DNA of 64,000 bases, taken from positions 60,089 to 124,088 of the forward strand of contig JAACTC010000011.1 of assembly GCA_009993635.1 (NCBI GenBank). Direction: 5' to 3'. Shown here in pieces: positions 29,810 to 38,692 of the stretch (positions are counted from its first letter, which is position 1; every line of letters begins with the position of its first letter). The notes beneath the pieces were generated by a model. The model saw only the letters and a program-made list of their open reading frames with translations. It was not told the DNA's origin and did no database searches. Origin of the DNA: Erythrobacter sp. Its GTDB lineage: Bacteria > Pseudomonadota > Alphaproteobacteria > Sphingomonadales > Sphingomonadaceae. A program made the position numbers and the translations under genes.

Positions 29810-31567
29810 TCACGTAGTGCTTTCCGGCTGGGCCCGGGCTTTTTCCGCCTTCTCCTTCTCCGCCGAGGCCTTGAGCTGCGGATGCTTGGAGTAGAGATAT
29901 TTCTGCTGCGCCAGCGTGAGCAGGTTGGAAGTGTTCCAGTAGAGCAGCAGCCCGGCGGCGAATGGAGCCATCACGAACATCAGCACCCACGGCATGATCG
30001 AGAACACCTGCTGCTGCACCGGATCCATCGCGGACGGGTTGAGGCGGAAGGTCAGCCACATCGTAAAGCCGAGCAGCAGTGCAAGCGGGCCAAGCGCCAG
30101 GAAGCCCGGCACTTCGTAGGGCAGCAGGCCGAACAGGTTCAGCACGTGCGCCGGATCGGGCGCGGACAGATCCCTGATCCACAGGATAAAGGGCTGGTGG
30201 CGCATCTCGATCGCCAGCACCAGCACCTTGTACAGCGCGAAGAACACCGGGATCTGCAGCACCATGGGCAGGCACCCGGCCACCGGGTTCACGCCCCTTT
30301 CCTTGAACAGCTTCTGCATTTCCTGCTGCTGCTTGACCTTGTCGTCCTTGTACTTCTCCTGCAGCTTTTTCATGTCCGGCTGGATCGCCTTCATGCTCGC
30401 CATACTGGCGAAGCCCTTCTGCGCGATGGGGAACATGAGGCCGCGCACGATGCAGGTCAGCAGGATGATCGCGACGCCGAAATTGCCGACGACGGAGAAG
30501 ATCTGGCGCAGCAGCCACAGGATCGGCTTTTCGAACCAGCGGAACCAGCCCCAGTCGATCGCCAAACCGAACTTTTCGATCCCGGCATCTTCGTACTGGT
30601 CGAGCACGTGGCTTTCCTTCGCGCCCGCGAACAGGCGCGAGCTGCGCGTGATCTGCCGCCCCGGGCGCAGAACGGCCGGATCGTAGATCAGATCGGTCCG
30701 GAACAGGTTGTCGCCCAGCGAACGAAAGCCCGTGTCCAGCGCAGCGCCGGGCTGCGGCACCAGCGCGCCCAGCCAGTAGACGTCGGTAAAGCCAAGCCAT
30801 GCGGGGTTCGCAGCGCCGGAAATGGCCTGATCCTCGGCCAGATCATCGTAATCGATTCCGTAATCGACCGATCCGTCGAACGCGCCGATCGGCCCCGAAT
30901 GCGAAATCCAGGTGCTCTTGCTCGACGTCAGGCTGGTGCGGGTGATCGTGGCGAAGGGCGAGACCACGACCGGCGCATTGCCCGCATTGGCCACGGTCTG
31001 CTCTGCGGTGATCATGTAATTGTCGTCGATCGACAGGCGGATGCGGAACCGCTGGCCTTCGCCATTATCCCATCGCAGGTCGACCGGATTGTCGGCCGAC
31101 AGCACATCGCTGCTGGCCGTCCACACTGTCTTCGCGTCGGGCAGTTCGGTACCTTCGCCGACAAAGCCGAATTGCGCGAAATACTGGATCGGCGTGCCTG
31201 CGGGCGCAAACAGCTGCACCGGGCCGCTATCCTTGTCCACCGTGGCGCGGTGATCCTTGAGCTCGATATCGTCGACCCGCGCGCCGACGAGGTTGATCGA
31301 CCCTTCGACCCGCGGTGCGTCGATCCGCACGCGGTTGCCCGACGCCAGCGCCTCGTCGAGATCGACCTTCTCCTGCCGTTCAACCTCGGCTGCCACGCCC
31401 GGATTTTCGGTGACGTTGGCGGCCCGCTGCTGCGCAGGCGTGGTCGGCCGGTCGCCCTGCTCCGTTTCCGGCGGCGCCGGATAGAAATAGGTCGTCGCGG
31501 CGTCGTAGCCGAGGAACAGGATGCCGCACAGCACCACGGCGAGGATAAGATTGCGCTGGTTGTCCAA
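29810..31567 (-). CDS. yidC: membrane protein insertase YidC
   Basis: 585 aa. The N-terminal TM and periplasmic domain are followed by the conserved C-terminal core NFGVAIILLTCIVRGLMFPI...GCLPMVLQIPVFFALY. Confidence 0.93.
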   Translation of the reverse strand: MDNQRNLILAVVLCGILFLGYDAATTYFYPAPPETEQGDRPTTPAQQRAANVTENPGVAAEVERQEKVDLDEALASGNRVRIDAPRVEGSINLVGARVDDIELKDHRATVDKDSGPVQLFAPAGTPIQYFAQFGFVGEGTELPDAKTVWTASSDVLSADNPVDLRWDNGEGQRFRIRLSIDDNYMITAEQTVANAGNAPVVVSPFATITRTSLTSSKSTWISHSGPIGAFDGSVDYGIDYDDLAEDQAISGAANPAWLGFTDVYWLGALVPQPGAALDTGFRSLGDNLFRTDLIYDPAVLRPGRQITRSSRLFAGAKESHVLDQYEDAGIEKFGLAIDWGWFRWFEKPILWLLRQIFSVVGNFGVAIILLTCIVRGLMFPIAQKGFASMASMKAIQPDMKKLQEKYKDDKVKQQQEMQKLFKERGVNPVAGCLPMVLQIPVFFALYKVLVLAIEMRHQPFILWIRDLSAPDPAHVLNLFGLLPYEVPGFLALGPLALLLGFTMWLTFRLNPSAMDPVQQQVFSIMPWVLMFVMAPFAAGLLLYWNTSNLLTLAQQKYLYSKHPQLKASAEKEKAEKARAQPESTT

Positions 31568-31649
31568 GGAATTGCAGTCCTGCTAGCTGTGCCGGCCCTG
31601 AGAGGTGTTCGGGCCCAGCGTGATCTTCGGGCAAAGTGGATATGGCGGG

Positions 31650-31868
31650 TCAGGGCACCGGATCGTGACCGTGCCCACCCCACGGATGGCAGCGCATTAT
31701 ACGCTTGAAGCCCAGCCATCCACCCTTGATTGCCCCATGCTTCTCTATCGCTTCGATGGCATATTGCGAACAGCTGGGCTGGAAGCGGCAGCTGGGCGGC
31801 AGGATGACACTGGGGCCAAGCTGCCAGCCGCGAATCAGGATCACCATCAGGCGCTTTGCCGGGTTCAT
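31650..31868 (-). CDS. yidD: membrane protein insertion efficiency factor YidD
   Basis: [19 protein letters not shown]...[17 protein letters not shown]. Confidence 0.88.
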   Translation of the reverse strand: MNPAKRLMVILIRGWQLGPSVILPPSCRFQPSCSQYAIEAIEKHGAIKGGWLGFKRIMRCHPWGGHGHDPVP

Positions 31869-32287
31869 CGGCGCCGCCTGCCCCGCGGAGGCCGCCCGCG
31901 CTGGCCTTCGCCCCTCGCGGCACGTGCCAGTGCGCTGGTCAATTCGCTGGAGAGCTTGGTGAAATCGCGCTCTATCCCGCTTTCGCGGCCGATCAGCACA
32001 TGGTCGTGATCGGGCAGGCCCTGGGTGCCGAGCTGCGCCCACAGCAATTCGCGCAGCCGCCGCTTCATCCGGTTGCGGACCACTGCGTTGCCGATCTTCT
32101 TGGTTACGGTGATGCCGTAGCGCATGCCCTGCCCTTCATTCGGGCGCACCAGGAGCACGAACCCCGGTGTGGGCACGCGCAACCCGCGATTCGCGGCGAG
32201 GAAATCCGCGCGGCGCGTGAGCACGTCGTGGCTGGTGATTCGCCGGTCGGCCGACCGGGCGTGGGCTGTTGCTTCGGCGACGCTCAT
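31865..32287 (-). CDS. rnpA: ribonuclease P protein component
   Basis: Contains [23 protein letters not shown]. It lies between rpmH and yidD. The start at 32287 is approximate. Confidence 0.8.
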   Translation of the reverse strand: MSVAEATAHARSADRRITSHDVLTRRADFLAANRGLRVPTPGFVLLVRPNEGQGMRYGITVTKKIGNAVVRNRMKRRLRELLWAQLGTQGLPDHDHVLIGRESGIERDFTKLSSELTSALARAARGEGQRGRPPRGRRRR

Positions 32288-32395
32288 GGTGCGAGCACTA
32301 TCGGCCGGCCATCGGCCAACTGCAAGCGCGCCCATGCACGGGCGCGCCAAGACCGAGAGAGCGATTCGCCCCCTCGGCTCACGTTGCCTGATGGC

Positions 32396-32530
32396 TTACG
32401 CGCAGAGCTTCTTGCGGCCACGCTTGCGACGCGCGGCAAGAACCTTGCGGCCACCGGTGGTCGCCTTGCGTGCGAAAAAGCCGTGGCGGCGCGCACGAAC
32501 GAGATTGCTGGGCTGGAAAGTCCGCTTCAT
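32396..32530 (-). CDS. rpmH: 50S ribosomal protein L34
   Basis: Not in the ORF track because it is only 44 aa. The reverse strand reads [44 protein letters not shown]. Confidence 0.92.
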   Translation of the reverse strand: MKRTFQPSNLVRARRHGFFARKATTGGRKVLAARRKRGRKKLCA

Positions 32531-32628
32531 AAGTCCCTCGAATGCTGGATCGGCTGGCCGCGCCCGGGCGCGTTCCGACCTGAAATGTTTCCGGCCCCGT
32601 CAAAGGGCCAGACTTCAAGCGCGCGCCA

Positions 32629-33552
32629 CTACTGGATCGCCACGGTAACGTCAAGATAGGCGATGCGCGGTTCGCGCTCCGCACCTGCGCCGATAGCCGC
32701 AGCACGCTCTCCGTTCGCAGCGTTGTCGTTCGCCGCAGATGGCAGCGTGCGCGCCAGCCAACCGCGCATGTCGCCCGCATCCAGCCAGCGGGCCTGCGCG
32801 TGCGACACCGCGTTGGTCATCGCGTAGAAATCGCGTGCGCCCGCCTCGCTCATGCCCATTTCGCGGTAATAGTCGAGGTAATAGCGATTCTCCGGCGCAT
32901 CCAGCGCGAAGTCTTTCGCCTCGCGACCGTGGTTGTCACGCCAGCTGTGGACTGCGAACTGCGCGCCATCCTCCACCTCGCGCCGCGCCCCGGCAAGGAA
33001 CAGCTCGACCGCGCCCGACCGTACCGATCCGCCGCGCGGCACCCGCGTGGTCAGGCCCGCTGCGCGAATCATCCTGCCGACTGCGAGATTGGCCCGGTCG
33101 TTCTCCGTCCCCGGCGCCTCGACCATGTCGAGCGTGGTGAGGTGCGGATAGGCGCGCAGCAGCGCCTCGAACTGCGCCGGCGTCGCCGCGTTGGTAACGC
33201 CGACCAGCACCGCGCGGGTTTCGTCGACCACGCGGAACGGCCCGAAGGCAGCGAGCGCGGTGGGCGCGTTGGCGCGGAACGACGTGATCGCGCGGCCCGC
33301 GCTTTCATAGGCGATCTGCGGAGCCGCATCGGTTTCGTATGGCGAGTAGAGATCGTCCTCGGCGTAGGCGTATTCGCTCGCAGGGTCGGCCTCGTAAAAG
33401 CGCGGATCGCTCTCGTCGATCCACTCCTCGGTGACGGTGACCTGCAGCTCCCAGCCCTCGGCCTGGGCGGGGGGGATCGCCAGGCCGAGGGACGCAATGA
33501 GCGCAGGGAGAAGGGGGGTTGTCCACCGCACCGGCAAACATTTGCCGCACAT
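32629..33552 (-). CDS. secreted protein of unknown function
   Basis: The signal-like N-terminus ends in AIPPAQA. No family was recognised. Start uncertain. Confidence 0.4.
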   Translation of the reverse strand: MCGKCLPVRWTTPLLPALIASLGLAIPPAQAEGWELQVTVTEEWIDESDPRFYEADPASEYAYAEDDLYSPYETDAAPQIAYESAGRAITSFRANAPTALAAFGPFRVVDETRAVLVGVTNAATPAQFEALLRAYPHLTTLDMVEAPGTENDRANLAVGRMIRAAGLTTRVPRGGSVRSGAVELFLAGARREVEDGAQFAVHSWRDNHGREAKDFALDAPENRYYLDYYREMGMSEAGARDFYAMTNAVSHAQARWLDAGDMRGWLARTLPSAANDNAANGERAAAIGAGAEREPRIAYLDVTVAIQ

Positions 33553-33674
33553 GCGTTACCATCTCCCCAGCGAGGATGGTTGCCGGCGAAGTAACCTTTT
33601 GCGCCATGCCACTGACGGGATGCGGGTTCTTGCGGGCTCGACAAGCCGAGGGCGAAGCGGCAAGTGTTTGCCGG

Positions 33675-34618
33675 ATGCACGGGGCCGGGGAGGGCCCGCC
33701 TTTGGTCGCAACGATCCGCACGGTCGCCTATCTCGGGCTGGAGGCGCGCAGCGTCGAGGTGCAGTGCCAGCTCGCCGCCGGCCTCCCGCGCTTTTCGGTC
33801 GTCGGCCTTCCGGACAAGGCCGTGGGCGAAAGCCGCGAACGGGTGCAGGCCGCGCTGGCATCCATGGGGCTGGCGCTGCCGCCCAAGCGGATCACGGTGA
33901 ACCTCTCACCCGCCGACCTGCCCAAGGAAGGATCGCATTACGATCTGCCGATCGCGCTCGCGCTGCTGGCCGCGATGGGCGTGGCGGACCGCGAGCAGCT
34001 GGCCGACTTCGTGGCGGTGGGCGAGCTGGCGCTGGACGGGCGCATCGTCGGTTCGCCCGGCGTGCTGCTGGCCGCGCTTCATGCGAGCGAGGCGGAGTGC
34101 GGCCTGATCTGCCCCGCCGCGCAGGGGGCAGAGGCCGCATGGGCCAGCGGCATCCCGGTGATCGCCGCGCCCGACCTCGTCAGCCTGCTGGGCCACCTCA
34201 AGGGCACACAGCAGCTGGGCGCACCCCAGGTCGGCACGGTGGAGGAGGCCCCGCCCGGCCCCGACCTCAGACAGGTCAAGGGGCAGGAGACCGCCAAGCG
34301 CGCGCTGGAGATCGCGGCGGCGGGCGGCCACAACCTGCTGATGAGCGGGCCGCCGGGTGCGGGCAAGAGCCTGCTCGCTGCCTGCCTGCCCGGCATCCTG
34401 CCCCCGCTGACCCCGGAAGAGGCGCTGGAGGTCAGCATGGTGCAGTCGGTCGCCGGGCTGCTGGAGGGCGGGCGGATCAGCCGCGCGCGGCCCTTCCGTG
34501 CGCCGCACCATTCGGCGAGCATGGCGGCGCTGACCGGCGGCGGGCTGAAGGTGCGCCCGGGCGAGGTCTCCCTCGCGCATCTGGGCGTCCTGTTCCTCGA
34601 CGAGCTGCCCGAGTTCCA
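33675..34618 (+). pseudogene. comM: comM/yifB Mg-chelatase-like ATPase, 5' fragment truncated by insertion
   Basis: VATIRTVAYLGLEARSVEVQ..., the Lon-like domain and the AAA+ Walker A motif (LLMSGPPGAGKS) are present. The Walker B motif (GVLFLDELPEF) is followed by the foreign read-through HSILAQMGPI*. Confidence 0.88.
34611..34618. repeat. left copy of the 8-bp target-site duplication GAGTTCCA
   Basis: An identical octamer lies at 49298..49305. Both are in the comM reading frame. Confidence 0.85.
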
Positions 34619-34645
34619 CAGCATTTTGGCGCAAATGGGACCAAT
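34619..34645. repeat. left terminal inverted repeat
   Basis: CAGCATTTTGGCGCAAATGGGACCAAT matches the reverse complement of 49271..49297 at 24 of 27 positions. Confidence 0.85.
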
Positions 34646-34687
34646 CTAGAAGATGATTTTCCGCTAGATTGATGGTCGAATGGGAGC

Positions 34688-35137
34688 ATGCAGAATCCCA
34701 ACACCGTGTCGGCCCTAAAGAGCAAGCGAGGCGAGATCGCCGGTCGCGTGGATGCACTCCAGGATCAGCTTCGCCAAGTCCTGATCGACCTCGATCACGT
34801 CGACTGCACGATCCTTCTTTTCGATCCCGATGCAGAGCTGGACGAAATCAAGACGAAGCCGATGCCTCCGCGCCATCATGCGTTCAAGGGGCAGGTGACC
34901 CGTTCAATCTTGACCATGTTGAGGAAGTCGTCGGCGCCGCTGGATGGTCTGACCATTACGCTGCGTTTGATGGACGAGCGCGAACTGAATCAGTCCGACA
35001 AAAAGCTGGTGAAGACCATCCAGAAGCGTGTGGGAGCAGCCTTGAGGAATATGCGAGATCGCGGGTTGGTGAAGTCGGAGAAGGGCCACAAGGGACTGCT
35101 GATTTGGGATCTGAAGGGCGCAACACCTGATGTCTGA
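34688..35137 (+). CDS. hypothetical protein (N-terminal coiled-coil, possible winged-helix C-terminus)
   Basis: 149-aa ORF with protein-like composition. It is the first gene inside the left end and overlaps the next ORF by 8 nt. Confidence 0.5.
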   Translation: MQNPNTVSALKSKRGEIAGRVDALQDQLRQVLIDLDHVDCTILLFDPDAELDEIKTKPMPPRHHAFKGQVTRSILTMLRKSSAPLDGLTITLRLMDERELNQSDKKLVKTIQKRVGAALRNMRDRGLVKSEKGHKGLLIWDLKGATPDV

Positions 35138-35537
35138 AGAGGTCATTGATCCCTGGAGCGCTCACGTTTCTCGCTTCGACATTCGCGACGCGCAACTCAC
35201 TGGCATGAGGCCAGATGGCGAAGTGTTTGTTCGGCATGACCTAAGCCTAACGGTGCAGGAAGGCCGCTTTGAACACCTGAGCGAGGACGAGCAAGGGCAG
35301 CCGACACCTTCCCGCCTATGCTATGGCTGCACCATCCGAATTTCAGGGGCGGCGTCACCTGATTATTGGAGCGGGACCGATATGCAGATCGTCGTGACGG
35401 GCACGCATCAGAACGGCTGGCGCATCACTATCGTTGGCCAAGGTGCCATCGGTTTCGATGACGCTGGATCGGTCGGGATCGAGTTCGATCAGGCGCCGAC
35501 AATGACCGTCTACGAGAAAGAAGGCGGAGATGGATAG
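35130..35537 (+). CDS. hypothetical protein
   Basis: 135-aa ORF coupled to the previous one. No family was recognised. Confidence 0.45.
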   Translation: MSEEVIDPWSAHVSRFDIRDAQLTGMRPDGEVFVRHDLSLTVQEGRFEHLSEDEQGQPTPSRLCYGCTIRISGAASPDYWSGTDMQIVVTGTHQNGWRITIVGQGAIGFDDAGSVGIEFDQAPTMTVYEKEGGDG

Positions 35538-35685
35538 GTCGGAAAGGGATGGGCCCACCGATGTCGGGAAGGGCCGTGAATCTTGTCTGATGAAGGTTGA
35601 GGCGCTTCTGCTTGGCGCCGTGATGCTTTACGGCATCTGGTCCCTTATCTCTTCATTCTTCTGATGCAACGGCGCGCGTGCTCTA

Positions 35686-36189
35686 TTACCCTTTCACCAA
35701 CGGGATGCGGGCATGGATGGTGCCAGTGATCACCAAGAACATGACGAAAGGGGCGATGCTGATCGCAGTCGCAATGATCGCGAGCTTCACTCGCTGATAT
35801 TTCTCGCACACGATACGCGAGTTGCGCCAAACCTGTCCTAGCAGGTCGTTTCGAAGCGTTGCCTCGCTACAGTCGAGAAATTCCGCGATATAGTTCGATT
35901 CCGTTCGCTTCTGGATTTCCTTGAAGAAGATCAGGCTTTTCTCTCCTCCATTATCGTCGGGAAAGTTGGCACGGAACAGGTGGTAGTAAGACACGAGTAA
36001 GCCGATGAGCATTAGCGATCCAGGGATCGTGACATACCAGAGGAGCAAGTCGCCAGCGGAAACGTTTAGAGCCGCGATTATGAGAATGAGCGTGTTCACG
36101 CCGAAAAGGGCGTTGATCCTCGCTTCGATACGCGGAAAGAACCCCAGGACCCGATCAAGTTGACGCTGAATGATATCGATGTCCTTCAT
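35686..36189 (-). CDS. PycTM / DUF5706-like (SLATT-like) membrane effector
   Basis: 167 aa with two central TM helices and one C-terminal TM helix. SLIFFKEIQ...EATLRNDLLGQVWRNSRIVCEKYQRVKLAI resembles Pycsar TM effectors. The ATGA overlap links it to the upstream gene. Confidence 0.6.
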   Translation of the reverse strand: MKDIDIIQRQLDRVLGFFPRIEARINALFGVNTLILIIAALNVSAGDLLLWYVTIPGSLMLIGLLVSYYHLFRANFPDDNGGEKSLIFFKEIQKRTESNYIAEFLDCSEATLRNDLLGQVWRNSRIVCEKYQRVKLAIIATAISIAPFVMFLVITGTIHARIPLVKG

Positions 36190-36959
36190 CCCTTTTCCTC
36201 CCCATCCATTGCGGCCTGATCTTCATGCGCAGCCAGGGGGCATCCCCGCATCGTTCTGCAGCATTTCTCGCCGCTAGCGATGACGTCCTGCCAATATTGC
36301 TTCAGCGCTTTTCGCCGGAGGTGTTCGGCATAGGCCAGATCAACCAGTATCTGCCGTTTGTCGCAATCGGCGCGGAGCGTCCTGACCATGCGTCCCCGTG
36401 CACGCCTCTTGCATTTTCGCGGACACAGAGCGCGGCCGTTGATGAGCCGCCCCTTCTTGCCGAAGACATGCAGCTTGCGGTCGGTGATCCAGCTCGGCTC
36501 GCCCAGCCGCGCCAGCTCATACTCCTCTAGTATACCGGCTTCGCGGGCGAGGGACAGCGCGCGCTCATGATGCTTCCCTGCGCTGCCGTGATCTAAGGCC
36601 TGTTTTACGGGCCAAATTCGCGTGAGCTCTGCTACGCCTTGGCATACAAGGAACTGTTCGAGCCGGGTCCACCACTGTCGAGCGACAGCCGGCGAGTGCA
36701 CCTCAAGGGTATGGAGGCCCACGCAAAACGTCATATCGCCCTGGATGTGTCGTTCTGCGCATCTAGCAGGAAGGTCTGTTCCGGGGTTCTCCTCACGCAC
36801 CCGTGGATCGCGAGGACCGGCTATGCGCAGATGTAGTCCGTCCTGTGCCCACGGCGTTTTAGGGACGCGAGCACGACCGACGATAAGCTGCCTGTTGGCT
36901 TTTTCTATGGAGAACCAGGCTGGACGGCTGTCAGCCAGGTGCAGAACGGCTGGCTTCAC
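36186..36959 (-). CDS. hypothetical protein, 257 aa, no recognisable domain
   Basis: The ORF exactly fills the space between the cyclase and the TM effector, with a 4-nt overlap at each end (GTGA and ATGA). Confidence 0.5.
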   Translation of the reverse strand: MKPAVLHLADSRPAWFSIEKANRQLIVGRARVPKTPWAQDGLHLRIAGPRDPRVREENPGTDLPARCAERHIQGDMTFCVGLHTLEVHSPAVARQWWTRLEQFLVCQGVAELTRIWPVKQALDHGSAGKHHERALSLAREAGILEEYELARLGEPSWITDRKLHVFGKKGRLINGRALCPRKCKRRARGRMVRTLRADCDKRQILVDLAYAEHLRRKALKQYWQDVIASGEKCCRTMRGCPLAAHEDQAAMDGEEKG

Positions 36960-38548
36960 CTTTTCGCATGCGCCCGCATCGGCGGAGCGGGGTCGACTTC
37001 ATGTGCCATCATTGGTTCACCATCGACACCGGTGTTGATGTAGGGCGAAGACATAACTCCGAGCATGATTTCCGCAGTGTGCGCATTGAGGTTCTGAATG
37101 ATGCGCTCGCTGCCAAAGGCCTCGCGGATGTTTGCGGGCGATTTCTGGCGTGCATTCTCGCCAATCGCTGTTTCTACACCGTTGCACCGCCGCTGCTCCG
37201 ATTCGGAAACGCAGGTCGCCCGGCTGGCAGCTGCGCGAACACTGGCATCGCCGCGTAGACCGAGCCGACAGATGGGTGTGGTGCCGTAATCGATGCCGAT
37301 GGCAAGGCCGAGGTCCTCGATTCCAGGCAGCATTTCGCGACACAGTTCGAACGAGGAGCGAAGACCGGCTGCAGCATCCACCGACTTCTTCATCGTATCC
37401 ATTGCATTCGTCTCTGCCTTGCTTCCTTCCGCGAGCAGGCCATGGACGCAATCCCCGATGTAGCGAACCTTCCTGCCGCCGAAATCGTCGCGCAAAACCG
37501 CGCCCATCTCCGCGCGAATTACGTGCAAATTCGCCACAGCTTCGGCGATTCCGCCGGTCGCGATGGCATTATCGATGTATGCCGTGAAGTTGTCGACGTC
37601 GGCGAAGATCGATGCCAGTTCCATCCGTATCGCATTGCTCGGAGGATGGTCGGCGTAGACCAGGCCCTTGAGCGGCGGCTCCTTGTGATGGAAACGGAAG
37701 ACCGCTTCGCCACTGTCTGACTTGTTGCGCGCTTCGAGACTTTCGAGGACCGCCGCATAAGCTTTTTCGAGCCTGTCGTTGGCGCTCTGCCGAACGCCTG
37801 CTGTGATTATTTCATCGCCAAGATAGCGACGTTCGATCTCTTCGTTGAGGAACACGCTCTTGGCGAGCGGTTCGGCCACTTGCCCGATCGCGGAGGCCGC
37901 TCGTGGGCTCAGATTCAGGCCTTCATCTGTTCCGTCCGCGAGCTTGGCCGCGTGATTCGCTGGGCTGCCGATGAAGAGCGGTTCGCGTTCACCGCGCCGA
38001 CCGGAATCAATGGCGACAGCGGGTCCACTGTCGATGCCGATGCAGACACCCGTCTTGAAATTCGGATGCTTGTCGCCGAGCCTCTCGACCATCTCACGAA
38101 ACGCAGCGGAGAAAGCCACGGCAACCCGAACACGCTCGCCCTCGTTCTCGGCCCCTTCAGGAGCGAGGACCACGGCATGCAGCCTCGAGCCGTGGAAATC
38201 GACCCGCTGCATTTCGAATTCGTCGATGAGTTCGTCACAGCCCTGGTAATGAGCATGGAGAAACTCCAGGGCCCGCTTATGGCTTGCCTCCGTTTCCCGT
38301 CCTGCGTCGGTCAGGACATCGTTGAAGTCGATAAGATTAGCGTAGACGTGAACGGCATCCGTGGTGATTGCCCTATTGCGCGGGATATCGACCAGTGCGG
38401 CACGGACCGATGCGTCGGCGGCCATACCCTTCTGCACCCTAGCCTCAGTGAGGAAAGTGCGAAAGTCTTCGACCTTGATGTCGCCTTCCGGCACGCTGTT
38501 CATGAAATCCCGAATTCTGTTCCGGGCACGATCCTCGTTCCACGCCAT
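36956..38548 (-). CDS. tandem class III nucleotidyl-cyclase-homology protein (degenerate N-terminal CHD plus catalytic-looking C-terminal CHD)
   Basis: CHD1 reads VHVYANLIDFNDV...VDFHGSRLHAVV...IGIDSGPAVAI...IGSPANHAAKLA and lacks the metal-binding Asp residues. CHD2 reads SIFADVDNFTAYI...VRYIGDCVHGLL...IGIDYGTTPI and keeps them. A GGGAGG RBS precedes the ATG. Confidence 0.7.
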   Translation of the reverse strand: MAWNEDRARNRIRDFMNSVPEGDIKVEDFRTFLTEARVQKGMAADASVRAALVDIPRNRAITTDAVHVYANLIDFNDVLTDAGRETEASHKRALEFLHAHYQGCDELIDEFEMQRVDFHGSRLHAVVLAPEGAENEGERVRVAVAFSAAFREMVERLGDKHPNFKTGVCIGIDSGPAVAIDSGRRGEREPLFIGSPANHAAKLADGTDEGLNLSPRAASAIGQVAEPLAKSVFLNEEIERRYLGDEIITAGVRQSANDRLEKAYAAVLESLEARNKSDSGEAVFRFHHKEPPLKGLVYADHPPSNAIRMELASIFADVDNFTAYIDNAIATGGIAEAVANLHVIRAEMGAVLRDDFGGRKVRYIGDCVHGLLAEGSKAETNAMDTMKKSVDAAAGLRSSFELCREMLPGIEDLGLAIGIDYGTTPICRLGLRGDASVRAAASRATCVSESEQRRCNGVETAIGENARQKSPANIREAFGSERIIQNLNAHTAEIMLGVMSSPYINTGVDGEPMMAHEVDPAPPMRAHAKR

Positions 38549-38692
38549 CTTCTGCAGCCTCCCAGTTGATCGCGAATCACCGAATGGCTGCGACCTATTG
38601 ACCGGTGGAACGTTAGCAGAACATTGAGGTTTTATCCAGCCTTACGCGATGTGCGATGCGAGTCCTGTGGATTTCTGACAACCAGCACGTTC

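Noticed and set aside
29762-31708. 648-aa ORF antisense to yidC, and the long ORF 29157..30800 extending yihA over yidC
   Set aside because: YidC and YihA motifs define the true frames and starts. The other ORFs have shadow-frame composition.
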